Assembly: GCA_963514005.1 (NCBI GenBank)
Contig: OY740807.1
Location: forward strand, 18,724,001-18,788,000
Direction: 5' to 3'
Length of the DNA stretch: 64,000 nucleotides
Origin: Raja brachyura
Taxonomy: Eukaryota
Shown piece by piece: positions 51,790 to 64,000 of this stretch (position 1 is its first letter; each line of letters opens with the position of its first letter). Both the position numbers and the translations under genes were made by a program. The notes beneath the pieces are model-generated. The model made no database searches and was not told the origin of the DNA. It worked only from the letters and a program-made list of their open reading frames with translations.

Positions 51790-54602
51790 TAGGGCAGCAA
51801 AGTCTGTTTGGAGGGACTGACTGAATGATTCATGATTGCTAGACTCGTTTAGTGTCCTCAGTCTGAAGGCTTTCTCACTTCCACAACGTCACCAGCTCAT
51901 TTCGAATGCATTCACCGTGATGTTCCATGTTCATCTTGCCTGCCACTTACATTAGTAACCAAACATGACAGAGTGTGGAAGGCACAGCTGAAACATCCTC
52001 CCTTTCAAAATGTAAACTATTCAGTCCTGATGCATTTTGACACGAGCTGCCTTTATCTCACCCATGGCAGGTTCTTGCCTCATCGATCAATCCGTTTGCT
52101 CATCCAAGTCTCCCATGACCGTCCACGACCCTCTCCTTCCCCCCCAACTAACCCCAGGTTGGCCGTCCAAGGAACGTGGCAGTCATCTAATGTCAGAAAC
52201 CCCACGGGCCAGGAGCATCTCCAGTCCTAACCAGCGTTGTCATGGAAACCAGGGGCAGGGACTGGAAACAGAGTTTGTTCACAGTGGCATCCATCCAAAA
52301 GGCAGCTCTGACAGGGAATGAGGAGTTCAGTCACTTCTTTCCAAATTCTTGGAATTCCCAATTGGAAATGTGCCACCATACACAGTGCTGCAATCCAGCA
52401 CCACCCACTCAGGCAGCAAAGGAAAGGCAACAAATATCAGCCTTCCCAGTAGCACACCCACCCCGAGAACAAAACAGAACGTAGGTTTGTGTTTCTGCTT
52501 CTGCTGATTAGATCTCAGTGCAAGCAGACTCAAAGAGTTTGCAGGAACATGTCAGGACTTGGCCTCATCCTCCATGTACTAGCAGAAGCCCAGCCCACTA
52601 AAGCCTGGCTGAGGATGATCTTCCTGGCTCTGTGCTATATGTGGCATGCTCAGATGTGTTATTTTCCTAGACCATGCTGGCCTTATGAAAGCATGCCTGC
52701 CCTAATCACACTCCGTGCAGTAACTGTGCGTCATCCAAACAAAGAAATCCAGCCTTTCCATCCACCTACCACCCACTGGATCCCCTCCCTAATGTGATCC
52801 CATCTTGTGCATTTATAATCACCACCTTTACTGTGATTCCAGCTCTGAGAACCTTTGTGTCCCCACTTATCACCCACAACCTTCACCAGCTTTCCCCCTC
52901 ACCTGGTTCCAATCTGCCCTTTTCCTTCGTCTGCATCCATCTATCACCCACCTGCCCGATTCCCAACTCCATCCCTTTTCTTCCTTCCCCCCCCCCCCCC
53001 TCCCCATTGGATCCATCCTTGATCCACCTATCACCCACTGGTCCCCCCCTGTCTCAGCCCTCCTCCTCCTCCTCCTCTGCTTTTTGCAGTGGGCTATTTT
53101 CCCTCTCCACTGTGTCCTGATGCAGGGTGCTGATCTCAAACACCAACGATTCCTTCCTCCTCCGCATTCCCCACCCACAGATGCTGATTGGAGTTTCTCT
53201 CGTGGTTTGGTTCTTGTTTCCACCACAGGGAAGACGATTGACTCCATTAGTTGCGTGGGACTTTGGTCAACCAAAGGTCCTGGTCTACTTATCTAAAAGG
53301 GATGTGGTTCCCGGTAAAGATTCAGTCTGGTTCCAGGAATAGCAGTATGTCCTAACAGTGAGTACAGATCTGATACGCATTCTCTAGTGTTTAGAAGAAT
53401 GAATCGGGACATCATTGAAACTTAACATTCTCTTAGGGCTCAGCTGGCTGAGCACCCAGCTATCGGAAAGATACCATAAATCTGGAAAGAGTTATTTTGC
53501 AGAACTCGAGGAACTTGGTTATAGCAAGGGGTTGTGCAGGCTGGAACTTTATTCCTTAGGAGATGGAGGGGAAATCTTATAGAGTTGCATAAAATAATGA
53601 GGGGCATACTTTGGGTGAATGCACAGAGTCTTGTCCAAAGAGAAGAGGAATCAGAGGATAAAGATTTTCAGGTAAGTGTGGAAAGACTTAATAGGAACCC
53701 AAGGGGCAACTTTTTAACCACAGAGGATGGTGGGTACATAGAACAAGCTGTCAGATGGTGGTTGAGGCAAGTACATTAGCAACTTCCACCCACAATCCAC
53801 CCTCCAGTGATGCTTCCATCTGCCACATGCCCTCGATGACAGAGCATGAGAGATTGGAAGGTGCCATCTAAGTAACCTTGGCAAGTATCTGTTCCATTTT
53901 GTAGATGGTACATAATGCAACCACAAAGCACCTGGTGGCGGGGAGGGTCTACTCAGGATAATAGATAAGATGGCAGCCTAATGAGCTCCTTTTTAGTGGA
54001 TGGTATCAGGATGAGCACTCCATCACACACATCTGATTTGGTAGAGAGGCCTTAGAGGGTCAGGAGGCGAGTCACTTGCCATAGGACCTCCATAGTAGCC
54101 TCAGTATTTCTGTAGTTGGTTCAATTCAGCTTTTGGTCCCTCACTTTGTTGATGGTGGTGGGGCAAGAGGTTCAGTGATGGAGATACCATTTGGGATTCT
54201 GTACCACTGCATTTCCAATCAAAGATAGTCGCTGGGTCCTGAGATTGTATCCCTCAACTCTCTCCAGCAAACACAGGTTTTATTACCAGGTTGTCGTTTT
54301 TTTACATTTAAAAAAAAAATTGTACACAAATCATTTGGCTCATATAATATTCTCAAACTGTGAGCCAATGATGGACCCTGCCAAAAGGGACTATTGATTC
54401 ACAGTGCCCGCTGAGACCTTTGTGGTACGCACTCTCGGATGTTAGCAACACTGTCCAAACCCTCACACACCATTACTTAAATGTCCACCTCTTCATTATA
54501 GCGCAATGACAAACCAGATTAAATGCTAAACGCAAACCCACAGGCTTCACAAACAATTGAACGCGAGTAATTTAAAGTATAAATGGAAAAGTCAATATTT
54601 AC

Positions 54603-54620
54603 CTTCTTCCGCAGGAAGTT
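54603..54620 (-). CDS. ATP2A3: SERCA Ca2+-ATPase coding exon 2 (18-nt microexon, ELPAEE-G)
   Basis: Minus strand reads ...cctgaaccag|AACTTCCTGCGGAAGAAG|gtaaat; 18 bp, phase 1/1, matches the conserved SERCA exon 2 peptide (E)LPAEE(G). Absent from the ORF track. Confidence 0.9.
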
Positions 54621-54804
54621 CTGGTTCAGGATGACCATGGAAAAGAGAAAAATAAATAAATTAGTGAATCATTCAGCAACTATGCCTGAAGACTTTATAA
54701 TTGGGAAGATTCACAGCCTCAGGGTCATTCACACCATTCATCCAACATTCGTTCTCAAGAGCCATTAATAGGCAAGCAACTTATACGTTTTATACAAGTT
54801 TATT

Positions 54805-55118
54805 TTATTTTGAAGATGTAGCACTTCGCCCACTCCTCAAAGTCCATGCTGACCATCGATCACCTCTTTACACTAGTTCTACGTAATACCACATTTGTAT
54901 CAATTTCATACACACTACCAATAATTTAGAGAGATCAATTAAGCTACGAACACACACGTCTTTGGGATGGTGGAGGAATCCGGAGCAAGCTGAAGAAAAC
55001 CCACGTGGCCACAGGAAGAACGTGTAAACTCTGCACAGACAACACACGCGGCCAGGATCAAACCCGAGTCTCTGGCGCTGTGAGGCAGCAACTCTACCAG
55101 CTGCACTAGTGTGCCACC
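54805..55118 (-). mobile_element. HE1/V-SINE-like SINE
   Basis: Reverse complement head at 55060-55118, about 200 bp upstream of the exon 2 acceptor. Confidence 0.75.
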
Positions 55119-55458
55119 CATTTTTTTTTAGTCTATCAATTTAAGGAAATAGTTCAAACAGTTTATAAAGTCTAAATTCAAGAAACGCCCTCAGCCTCAC
55201 ACTGCCCTTATCAAAATCATTCTAAATGTGTGCCAAATCGAGTGAGCGTTTTCCCATCCATGCACCAAAGCCCACTAAAGCCGGCTGATCTCCTCACCCT
55301 CATAACCCCATTCTCCTGCCTTCTCCCACAACCCGTGACACCCGTACTAATCGCTGGCGCTGTTGGGCGGCAACTCTACTGTTATTCCCACTGTGAATTT
55401 TTGTATCCCAGCCCAGTTTTAAACCTTTTACATAGAAAATGGAAAGTAGAACAATACA

Positions 55459-56232
55459 GGAGGGCACCAGTAAATGGGGAATTAGGAGAGGGCACCAGTA
55501 AATGGGGAAATTAGGGGAGGGCACCAGTAAATGGGGAATTAGGGGAGGGCACCAGTAAATGGGGAAATTAGGGGAGGGCACCAGTAAATGGGGAATTAGG
55601 GGAGGGCACCAGTAAATGGGGAATTAGGAGAGGGCACCAGTAAATGGGGAATTAGGGGAGGGCACCAGTAAATGGGGAATTAAGGGAGGGCACCAGTAAA
55701 TGGGAAAATTAGGGGAGGGCACCAGTAAATGGAAAAATTAGGGGAGGGCACCAGTAAATGGGGAATTAGGGGAGGGCACCAGTAAATGGGGAATTAGGGG
55801 AGGGCACCAGTAAATGGGGAATTAGGGGAGGGCACCAGTAAATGGGGAATTAGGGGAGGGCACCAATAAATGGGGAATTAGGGGAGGGCACCAATAAATG
55901 GGGAATTAGGGGAGGGCACCAATAAATGGGGAATTAGGGGAGGGCACCAATAAATGGGAAATTAGGGCAGGGCACCAGTAAATGGGGAATTAGGGGAGGG
56001 CACGAGTAAAAGGGGAATTAGGGGAGGGCACCAGTAAATGGGGAATTAGGAGAGGGCACCAATAGATGGGAAATTAGGGCAGGGCACCAGTAAATGGGGA
56101 ATTAGGGGAGGGCACCAGTAAAAGGGGAATTAGGGGAGGGCACTAATAAATGCGGAATTAGGGGAGGGCACCAATAAATGGGGAATTAGGGGAGGGCACC
56201 AGTAAAAGGGGAATTAGGGGAGGGCACCAATA
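55459..56232. repeat. 28-bp G-rich minisatellite (ggggagggcaccagtaaatggggaatta) x ~27
   Basis: Tandem units with scattered point variants (cagt/caat, ggga/gaaa, occasional 1-bp indels). Confidence 0.95.
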
Positions 56233-56793
56233 ATGCTGGGATCTGCAGCAGGACGACATGCACCATTCTCTGTAATGAACACACAACTGACCATATGGGA
56301 AGATTGTTACCTCCGAGCAACAGCCAACCCTTACATCAAGGTTTCTCACAGCAAAACATTTTCAAACACAGGACACTAGGACAATCGTTTTACACCATTC
56401 TTGTCAAACAGAGATGACAAGATCTCATGCTTTTGGACGTGGGGAGCAGCGAGTCGATGGTGGTTAAAAACACACCAGGGATGCAAGAGGATCACGAGCC
56501 AGTCAGTAGACCAGGTTAGGAGGGAGGCAGTTCCTTGCCCAAAGAGTGATGGCCACTGGAACCAGTTGTTGGGGAGTGTGGACAGTGCCTACTCTGTCCT
56601 GGGGGGGTTCCATGGTAGGAGACACAGGGACAACAAACCAAAACAATATAGATTCCCTGGACTGGCTTCCATCTTCTACACCCATCCTGAGAAACTGACT
56701 CGACTGATTTCTGTCTTGTTCTCCAGTTGTCAGTTTGGGCCACCTCCCAGGGGGTGAAGCTGCTACTTGCCACCTAGTCGGGAGGGACATCTT

Positions 56794-57054
56794 AGTTTGG
56801 AGATGCAGCGTGGCAATAGCCCCTTCAGCCCACCGAGTCCACACTGACCACTACTTCTATCCTTCACTCTGGAGACAATCCGATTAACCGACAAACCTGC
56901 ACATCTTTGGAGTGTGGGAGGAAACAAGAACACCCAGAGAAAACCCACGCAGTCACAGAGAGAAACGTACAAACTCTGCATGGACAGCATTTGTAGTCAG
57001 TATCAAACCTGGGTTTCCGGTGCTGTTAGATAGCAACTCTACCGTTGCACCACT
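56794..57054 (-). mobile_element. HE1/V-SINE-like SINE
   Basis: cccttcagcccaccgagtcc...tttggagtgtgggaggaaac...agcaactctaccgttgcaccac. Confidence 0.75.
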
Positions 57055-59532
57055 ATGGGCATCTCTGCCAAACGAAGGCGGACTTTATCTTGCTGATGCC
57101 AAGCTCTGAATGTACAAATACTAAGCCTAGTCCTACACCAACAGTTCAGCTGCCTGCTCACCCCAATGCTGCACCTTAAACTGAAAGAAGAAAATTGCCC
57201 AGAGCTGTGCCGCAAACTGCCTTGTAGATTCCCCGAGACTTATCATCAGGGTACATACAGGTCCAAGATGAGAATAACAGCCATTGAAGATGGGAATGTT
57301 TTTCACTATTCATTCAATTCCATGCTTCCTATGTCACTAAATATTGAACGACAATGTAAATATGCCTCAAACTGTTTAATGTAATTGGATAAACACTTGA
57401 AAGTTTAGACCAAACGAGGGATGGGACCGTCTGTCAGATCTGGTGCAGCAAGACTTATATGGATGTTACTTTGGAGAACCGAAAATATTGTTTAATACCT
57501 GGTGGATTATCTCACGAATTGCAGCACACCTGATGAATGGTTCGTCTGGTATAGATAAAACCTAAGCCTCGGGAATACAAACCCAGCAACCCAGAACCCA
57601 TCAGTCCATTTAGTGAATATTCAGCCACACATCCTTGTCAAATATTCAACACCTCTAGACATTCCCTGTGAATATTCATCTCAGGCATTCTCCGGCAAAT
57701 ATTTTTTCGGTCTCTCCCCTGCAGTCTCACCCCCAGGCCATGAGTATCTCCCCATAGATATTAACCCTCCTCCTTTCAACTGAGCCAGGCTTCTCTTAGA
57801 AGATATTCGGCCCCGACCCAAACATCAGCACCCACACCCTTGCTGGGGTGTTCCTGCAGAAAGCGGGTAGACTGTGGACCTACACTCCACATGCCCGACC
57901 TCCCACCAGCTCGCACGTCTCTGGTGCCCAAGCCTTGGTCCCAAATACATTCTGGCTGCTTCGGCGCTCTGTGTCATCACCATCCCAGGCCACCCGACTG
58001 ATCCTGGTCGAGGTGCGATGTAGGTATGGCTTACAACTAGACACACCATATGGCCAGTTGGTTGAATAAACGAATTACGCACTACTTGCAGCTCCTCACA
58101 TCTCATTCCAATTCTCAGTCCTCACTGTACTGCCCATAGTTGGATTAAGGAGCGATAACAGCAATCTGCTGGAAAAACCTAACCAGAAGGAATTGTCAAT
58201 GTTTCAGGTGCAAGCCCTGCATCAGGACTCGGGTCAACCTGCTCACTTCCTCCAGTGGATTGGTCGTTACTCCAGATTCCAGCATCTGCAGGCATTGTGC
58301 CTCCGATGGAATATGGGACAGACACAGAACACACACACAGACAAACTGTGCTGGAATTTCTAAGCACTGACACCCAACCTCCTCAAAACCACTGCATCAT
58401 TGTGCAGAGGAAGCAGCAAGCGTTGTGATCGGTGAAGAACATCCTATACGTTGCAGAGCCGAGCCACAGAGGAGAAAGCCCAGAGGGCCAGGGTGGGGGA
58501 AACGGCTTCACCCACCGACTGACTAGACAGCAATAAACCCGTCCCCTCTAGCGAGTGGAGAAGTAGTCAAGAAGACGAACAGAGCAGGAGAAGGCCTCAT
58601 CTGTGAGGGCAAGGTTAAAATAAAGCATGAAAACTGATGGGCTGAATGGCCCGGTTCAAATGCTGTAAATTCCATGTAATTCTACCATCCACTGATGGAA
58701 TAATATGCCTGTATAACTGCTTAACAAAACAATACAGGAGGCACATTCATGTGGGGTGAGTGGATCGCCACGTGGGACTTGGTTTAATATTAGCAGCTGA
58801 GATGAGGATCAGGCCACTGGAGAAAAAGATTCTGCACTCCCATCCAGGATCAGATCAGAGAGCAGCAAAGGGTACTCTTCACAAAGTGCAGCAATCGCTG
58901 ATCGGAACTCACTCCACCGTTATCACCCACTCTTATCAGTTGCTACACTTTGTGTTGGTGTCGACAGTGCAAGAGGCGCCAACCTCAGCCACTTATTTAT
59001 AACGGCAGCTTAATTAGGGTTTGCCTCACATTTGCCGGGTTTGCCTTTCCCTCACATGGACCACAGGGGATGCAGCCCCCCCCCCCCCCCCCCTATCCTC
59101 ACTTCCTTCAGTCGACCAACAGCTGCAATAGCAATCCCATTAGTTCTCTCCCTGGGCCCTGCTGCCTTCCCTGATCCTCAATGTTCTTTAAACCTCTTTG
59201 ACCGAGCTATTCATCTACCTATCCGCCCGTGTCCACCTGACAATTTCCACTGGTCAGGCTGGTGTCAGCTGTCAGAGTGGGCTATCAAATCGCGTAGGCA
59301 TCACAACCCATCCAGACCCCAACCTCACTCGCTGCCCAGACAAGGAACTTCCCATTCCAGGCTCCAGCAGCTCAAGGGGTGGACAACAGGGATGGAAGAG
59401 CCATTCCCAGCAGTGCACCAACTCTATCATTGTTGTCACTTTGACCCAGAGACACCAGCATAGCTTGTCACACCAATATAATGGGAGGACGATTCCCTAA
59501 AATGTGATCAAGCAGAGTGGTTACCTTGTGAA

Positions 59533-59712
59533 CGAAGGAACTGCAGATGCTGCTTTACACCAAAGATAGACACAAAATGCTGGAGTAACTCAACAGGTCG
59601 GGCAGCATCTCTGGAGAAAAGGAATAGGTCTTTCATCAGTCTGATGAAGGGTCTCCACCCAAAACGTCACCTATTCCTTATCTCCAGAGATGCTGCCTGA
59701 ACCACGGAGTAG
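59533..59712. mobile_element. Penelope-like fold-back fragment
   Basis: gcagcatctctggagaaaaggaatagg ... ctgatgaagggtctccacccaaaacgtc ... cctattccttatctccagagatgctgc. Confidence 0.7.
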
Positions 59713-60812
59713 TTATCTTGCTGCTTGTACACATTCCTGATTAACCTGGTCACTGGTCAGACCAGCCAGGAGAGAGATCAGGCGAGTCTAGAGTGACCTC
59801 ACCACCACCAACATACGGGCCGTGCAGGCCACAAGCAATTTGGGCTTCAAGGCCTCAAGTGATAGACAAGGTCTTTCCACCTCTGCTATCCTATAGCTGA
59901 TCCAAGGTGCTGGAGTGAAGAGTCTGGGTTGTTGGCCAAAGGGCCAGTCGGGAGGGGGGGGGGTTGCGAGTGGTCACTAGGTGTCGAGCAACATTATACA
60001 ATTGGGAGGGGCGGGGGGGTGGGGAAACTGGGCTTGCTCAATACCACGATGCCTGGAGGAGAGCTGGTCCTTGAATGAAGGGGTTCCGGCTGAACGAGAT
60101 CCCCAGTTTTGGCCAGGACCCTAGTAAGAAGTCCCCTTTCAGCTGCCCAGTAGTCATTGTGGGACCTGGGAATGACTGGACTTGTAGAGGGTCCTACCCA
60201 GGGTGGGGCAGAAGCCATCGAGCGACCAGAGGTCCAGCAGAAAACCAGACGGGAATCAGAGTCCACGACACACCCGACAAGCCCACAATGTTTACCCTCA
60301 ATCGCTCCTTATTAAAACTGGACCCTGTCACCCAATTTGCAGGCAACAGAACAAACAAAATGTCTGTGTTTTCCATTCATTTACAGAGATAAACAGATGT
60401 CAAAGCAAACAGAAGTGATCACGTTACCCGACATGGCACTTCACAGTCGGGCAGCAGCAAGGTTTTCCCTGCCCTCTGTTCTAGTTTTCCTACATTTATC
60501 TTCTATCTACATCACCCTCAGTCATGGGAGACAGCTCACGGCAACGTGACCCCCTTAGCTGCAGAAATCTATACTCCATTCAACTAAGTTATCTTAAGAT
60601 AGAGAAAATGTAGGAACAAGCAGTCGCTGATATACAATATAATATTTCAGGCCGTGATCCTTCTTCAGATTGATTGGTCACATTTTATGTTGGGTCTGAA
60701 GTGTCGCACCTATCCATGTTCTCCAGAGATGCTGCTTGACCCACTGAGATGCTCCTGCACTTTGTGTCCTTTGACCATGAGATAGTTTTAATTCAATGGA
60801 AACCCAAGTTCT

Positions 60813-61425
60813 AAGAGCAGAATTGGGCCATTCAGCCCATCAAGTCTACACCACCTTTTAATCATGGCTGATCTATATTTCCCTCTCTACCCCATTCTCC
60901 AGGCTTCTCCCCATAACTCTCGACACCCTTACTAATCAAGAATCTGTCAAACCCCACCATAAAAATATCCATTGACGGCCTCCACAGCTGTCTGTGGCAA
61001 TGAATTTCACAGATTCACCAACATCTGACTAAAGAAATTCCTTCTCATCTCCTTTTTAAAGGTACGTCCTTTTATTTGGGAACTATGACCTCTGCTCCTA
61101 GACTCTCCGACTAGTGGAAACATCCTCTCCACATTCACTCTGTCCAGGCCTTTCACTATTTGGTAAGTTTCAATGAGGTTTTCCCCCCCCCCAATCCTAT
61201 GATTGCAGGCCCAGTGCCGTCAAATGCTCATCATATGTTAACCCAATCATTCCTGGGATCATTCTCGCAAACTCCTCTGGACCCTCTCCAATGCCAGCAC
61301 ACCCTGCCTTCAGATATGGGGCCCAAAACTGCTCACAATACTCCAAACGCAGTCTGACCAGTGCTTTATAAAGCCTCAGCATTACACCACTGTTTTGTAT
61401 TCTAGTCCTCGCGAAATAAATGCTA
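60813..61425 (-). mobile_element. CR1 LINE 3' fragment
   Basis: ORF 61197-61382 MLRLYKALVRLRLEYCEQFWAPYL and the reverse-complement tail. Confidence 0.85.
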
Positions 61426-63355
61426 TCAGTTGAGATGTGCAGGAAGGAACTGCAGATGCTGGCTTAAACCAGCATTGTGCGTCTTATCAGTGGAGAACTG
61501 GATCAGCCAGTAGCACTGAAGGCAGCAAGAAAGTGCTCTTCCACATTTGGCTACTTTGCAACGTTACACCGCACAGTAAATGCATCACTCACTATCTGTT
61601 AGGACTTTCAATATAAAACACAGATGATTTGTGGCCTATCCCAAGATAACATGCACTTTTCAAACATCTTCTTGGCTAACATGGCTCCTTTGCTCATAAA
61701 AAATCAAATTAAAATTTAAGGCACAAAACCAGCGCCAGACAAGGCACAGAAACAGCGATTTAAAAAAAAATTTATTAAACGGGCCATGTATCCATGAAAA
61801 GGCAGTCCCATGTACTTCCATGTACCACTGCCAGGGCGAGCACCTTTGCCACCAGAGGAACCACTGTATTTAAACATGGAAAAAGCCGACTGCTGGAATG
61901 TCCCAGCATATCAGGCAAAATCAGCGGAGAGGGAAAAGCACAACCCTAATCCCACCTGAGCAACGGAACGCCAAGGACCATCTCTTGTTTTCTAATAGTG
62001 TCTTTTTACAGTTTTCCTCACGAATAATGTGTGCAATTTTGTGGATGATTTATGTACAGTTAACGTTTTAGTGCATTGACATTGAGGTTCTGTGCCTGTG
62101 ATGCTGCTGCAAGCACAATTTTTCATTGTACATGGGCCATGCTGATGCCTACTTCATCAATCTAGTGCCGCCAGGACACTAGGCTTAAAGTAAGAAAATA
62201 AGTCATTGCAAAACTCCTTGGACCATGAATGAACTTTTCTGGGACATAGATGTTGCAAGAAGGGGGTCTATTGCATTCATGTGGACTATGATCTGACTGA
62301 CTGAAGTAGCTTCTCAATGTATCTCTGTACATATTATAATAAATAAATCATTCTGCAGACAACAATCAACTCAACGTTTTAGTCTGGTCAACAAATCAAC
62401 ACTGGAGAAGGGTCTTGACCCGAAACGTCACTCATGTTTTCTCTCCAGAGATGCTGCCTGTCCCGCTGAGTTACTCCAGCATCTTGCATTTCTACAATGC
62501 AGAGGAAGCCACTTTGACGGCAATGAATGCTCAATACTAGATTGGATGAACAAAGGTCGAATGAAACAGCATCGTCTTGAGGGAGACCACAAAAACAATA
62601 AGTGGGGAAATAGGCCTGCTCTGAGCAGATACACGATAGTTCCCTTTAGTTTAATTCAGTTTTGTTCATCGTCACCTGTACTGAAGTAGAGTGAAAAGAG
62701 AGGGACAAATCAAATTGGCCTCCTCCTGAGTCAAAGGAAAACATGGAAATATCAGGCCTGTCTGCCATTTCAAGGCCTCGCTCGCCAGTTGGTTGTGCTT
62801 TGTGAAACAAAAACTCTGACAAACAGCCCAACGACTGACAGTTCAGTCACAACCTCATCTGCTCCGCTGGTGGTTTCTGGGTTCAGTTGTTATCTTCAGC
62901 ATCAGTGCACAGACTGCCTGCACACAGACGGGTAAAGCTGCATTAGCACAAGCTCAGCTGCTCAACCAGAGATCTCCCTGGTCACAGCGAGCATTGGACA
63001 AAATACCCTGTCCCCTCTCTAAACTAGATTTGATTAGGGGTGACTCACGAGTTGCTAGCAACACACCCTTATTCTCACACCAACCTCTGTTTATCAGACC
63101 TTTACAAAGCATGTTGTTCATCAGAAAATTCATGGCCTCCCAGTGAGAAATTCCTGGTAAGGACCTTTCTGCATCACCATCTCCCAAACCCACACATTAA
63201 ATCAACAATTAAATGTGGAAATGGAATGCCCACCCCCCAAAGAAAATTCATTGCTCGCTTCCCTGCTCACTTCAAGCACAGCTTCCCGTCATTAAAAATA
63301 GGACAAAACACTGGAGTAACACAGCAGGCCGGGTGGAAAATCCAGAGAACATCAG

Positions 63356-63605
63356 GGGGCAGCACAGTGGCAGCGGTAGAGGCTATGGGCGCAGTCTGTA
63401 CAGAATTTGTACGGTTCTCCCTGTGACCACATGGGGTTTCTCAGGGATCTCCGGTTTCCTCCCACTCTCCAAAGACGTGCAGGTTTATAGGTTAATTGAC
63501 TTCTGTAAAAATTGTCCCTCGTGTGTAGGATAGAACTAGTGTGCAGATGGCCGCCGCAGACTTAGTGGGCCAAAGGACGTTTCCACACTATCTCTAAAAC
63601 TAAAA
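63356..63605 (+). mobile_element. HE1/V-SINE-like SINE
   Basis: ggggcagcacagtggcagcggtagag head, core and ctctaaaactaaaa tail. Confidence 0.8.
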
Positions 63606-64000
63606 CACGGATAGGTGACGTTTCAGGTCATAACCCTTCTTGGGACTCGTTGAGTTACTTGAGTGCGTTGTGTCCTCCTTGAGTTCCGACCCGAAGCATC
63701 ACCTAGACATGTTCTGCAGAGGTGCTGCCTGACCTGCTGAGTTACTCCAATACATTTGTCTTTTTAAAAAAAAAAAAGCCAACATCTGCAATTCCTTGTT
63801 TCTCCATCCCTCGTCATTAATATGGAGGTTTGCAACGCACAGGTCCATTATTGGGACAGGGCTTTTGATTGCTCCAATTCCAGACACATTCAAAGCCCCA
63901 TCCCCCCCATGTCAATCAGCTGCGAGAATCTTGTTACTGTAAGGGCCGGGTTACACATCATAATTGCATGCTCTGAAATACTATTAAGATTCTTGTTAGT

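Noticed and set aside
51239-51820. 193-aa Pro/Leu/Ser-rich ORF
   Set aside because: It is the translation of the 20-bp minisatellite.
55459-56232. 28-bp repeat array as a possible CRISPR array
   Set aside because: Units are directly adjacent with no unique spacers, there are no cas genes, and the context is a vertebrate intron.
54621-64000. SERCA exon 1 and promoter
   Set aside because: I found no M(E/D).AH...G.N-type coding exon or CpG-island promoter by eye; it probably lies beyond the window end.

Overview
Eukaryotic (vertebrate) genomic DNA, most likely from a cartilaginous fish such as a skate or ray, judged from its repeats (HE1/V-SINE-like SINEs, HER1/CR1 LINEs, Penelope-like fragments). 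The only host gene I can support is a SERCA Ca2+-ATPase on the minus strand, best matching ATP2A3. Coding exons 2-8 can be placed exactly by GT-AG boundaries and the conserved SERCA exon sizes (18, 83, 102 instead of 105, 139, 81, 86, 465 bp). I did not find exon 1 or exons 9 onward in the window. The 4-19 kb introns are dense with retroelements, MITEs, two minisatellites and a ~390-bp inverted duplication. The most notable signal is a ~135-bp non-autonomous retroelement present in three copies. Its first ~54 nt fold into a minimal, P4-less HDV/CPEB3-type self-cleaving ribozyme, and in the best copy the element begins exactly at the predicted cleavage site right after a perfect 11-bp TSD. It ends in a (GAA)n tail also seen on an Ingi/Vingi-like LINE fragment in the window. 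Penelope-like fragments carry a second ribozyme class (minimal hammerheads). Repeat boundaries are approximate and were read by eye; no database searches or folding programs were run.
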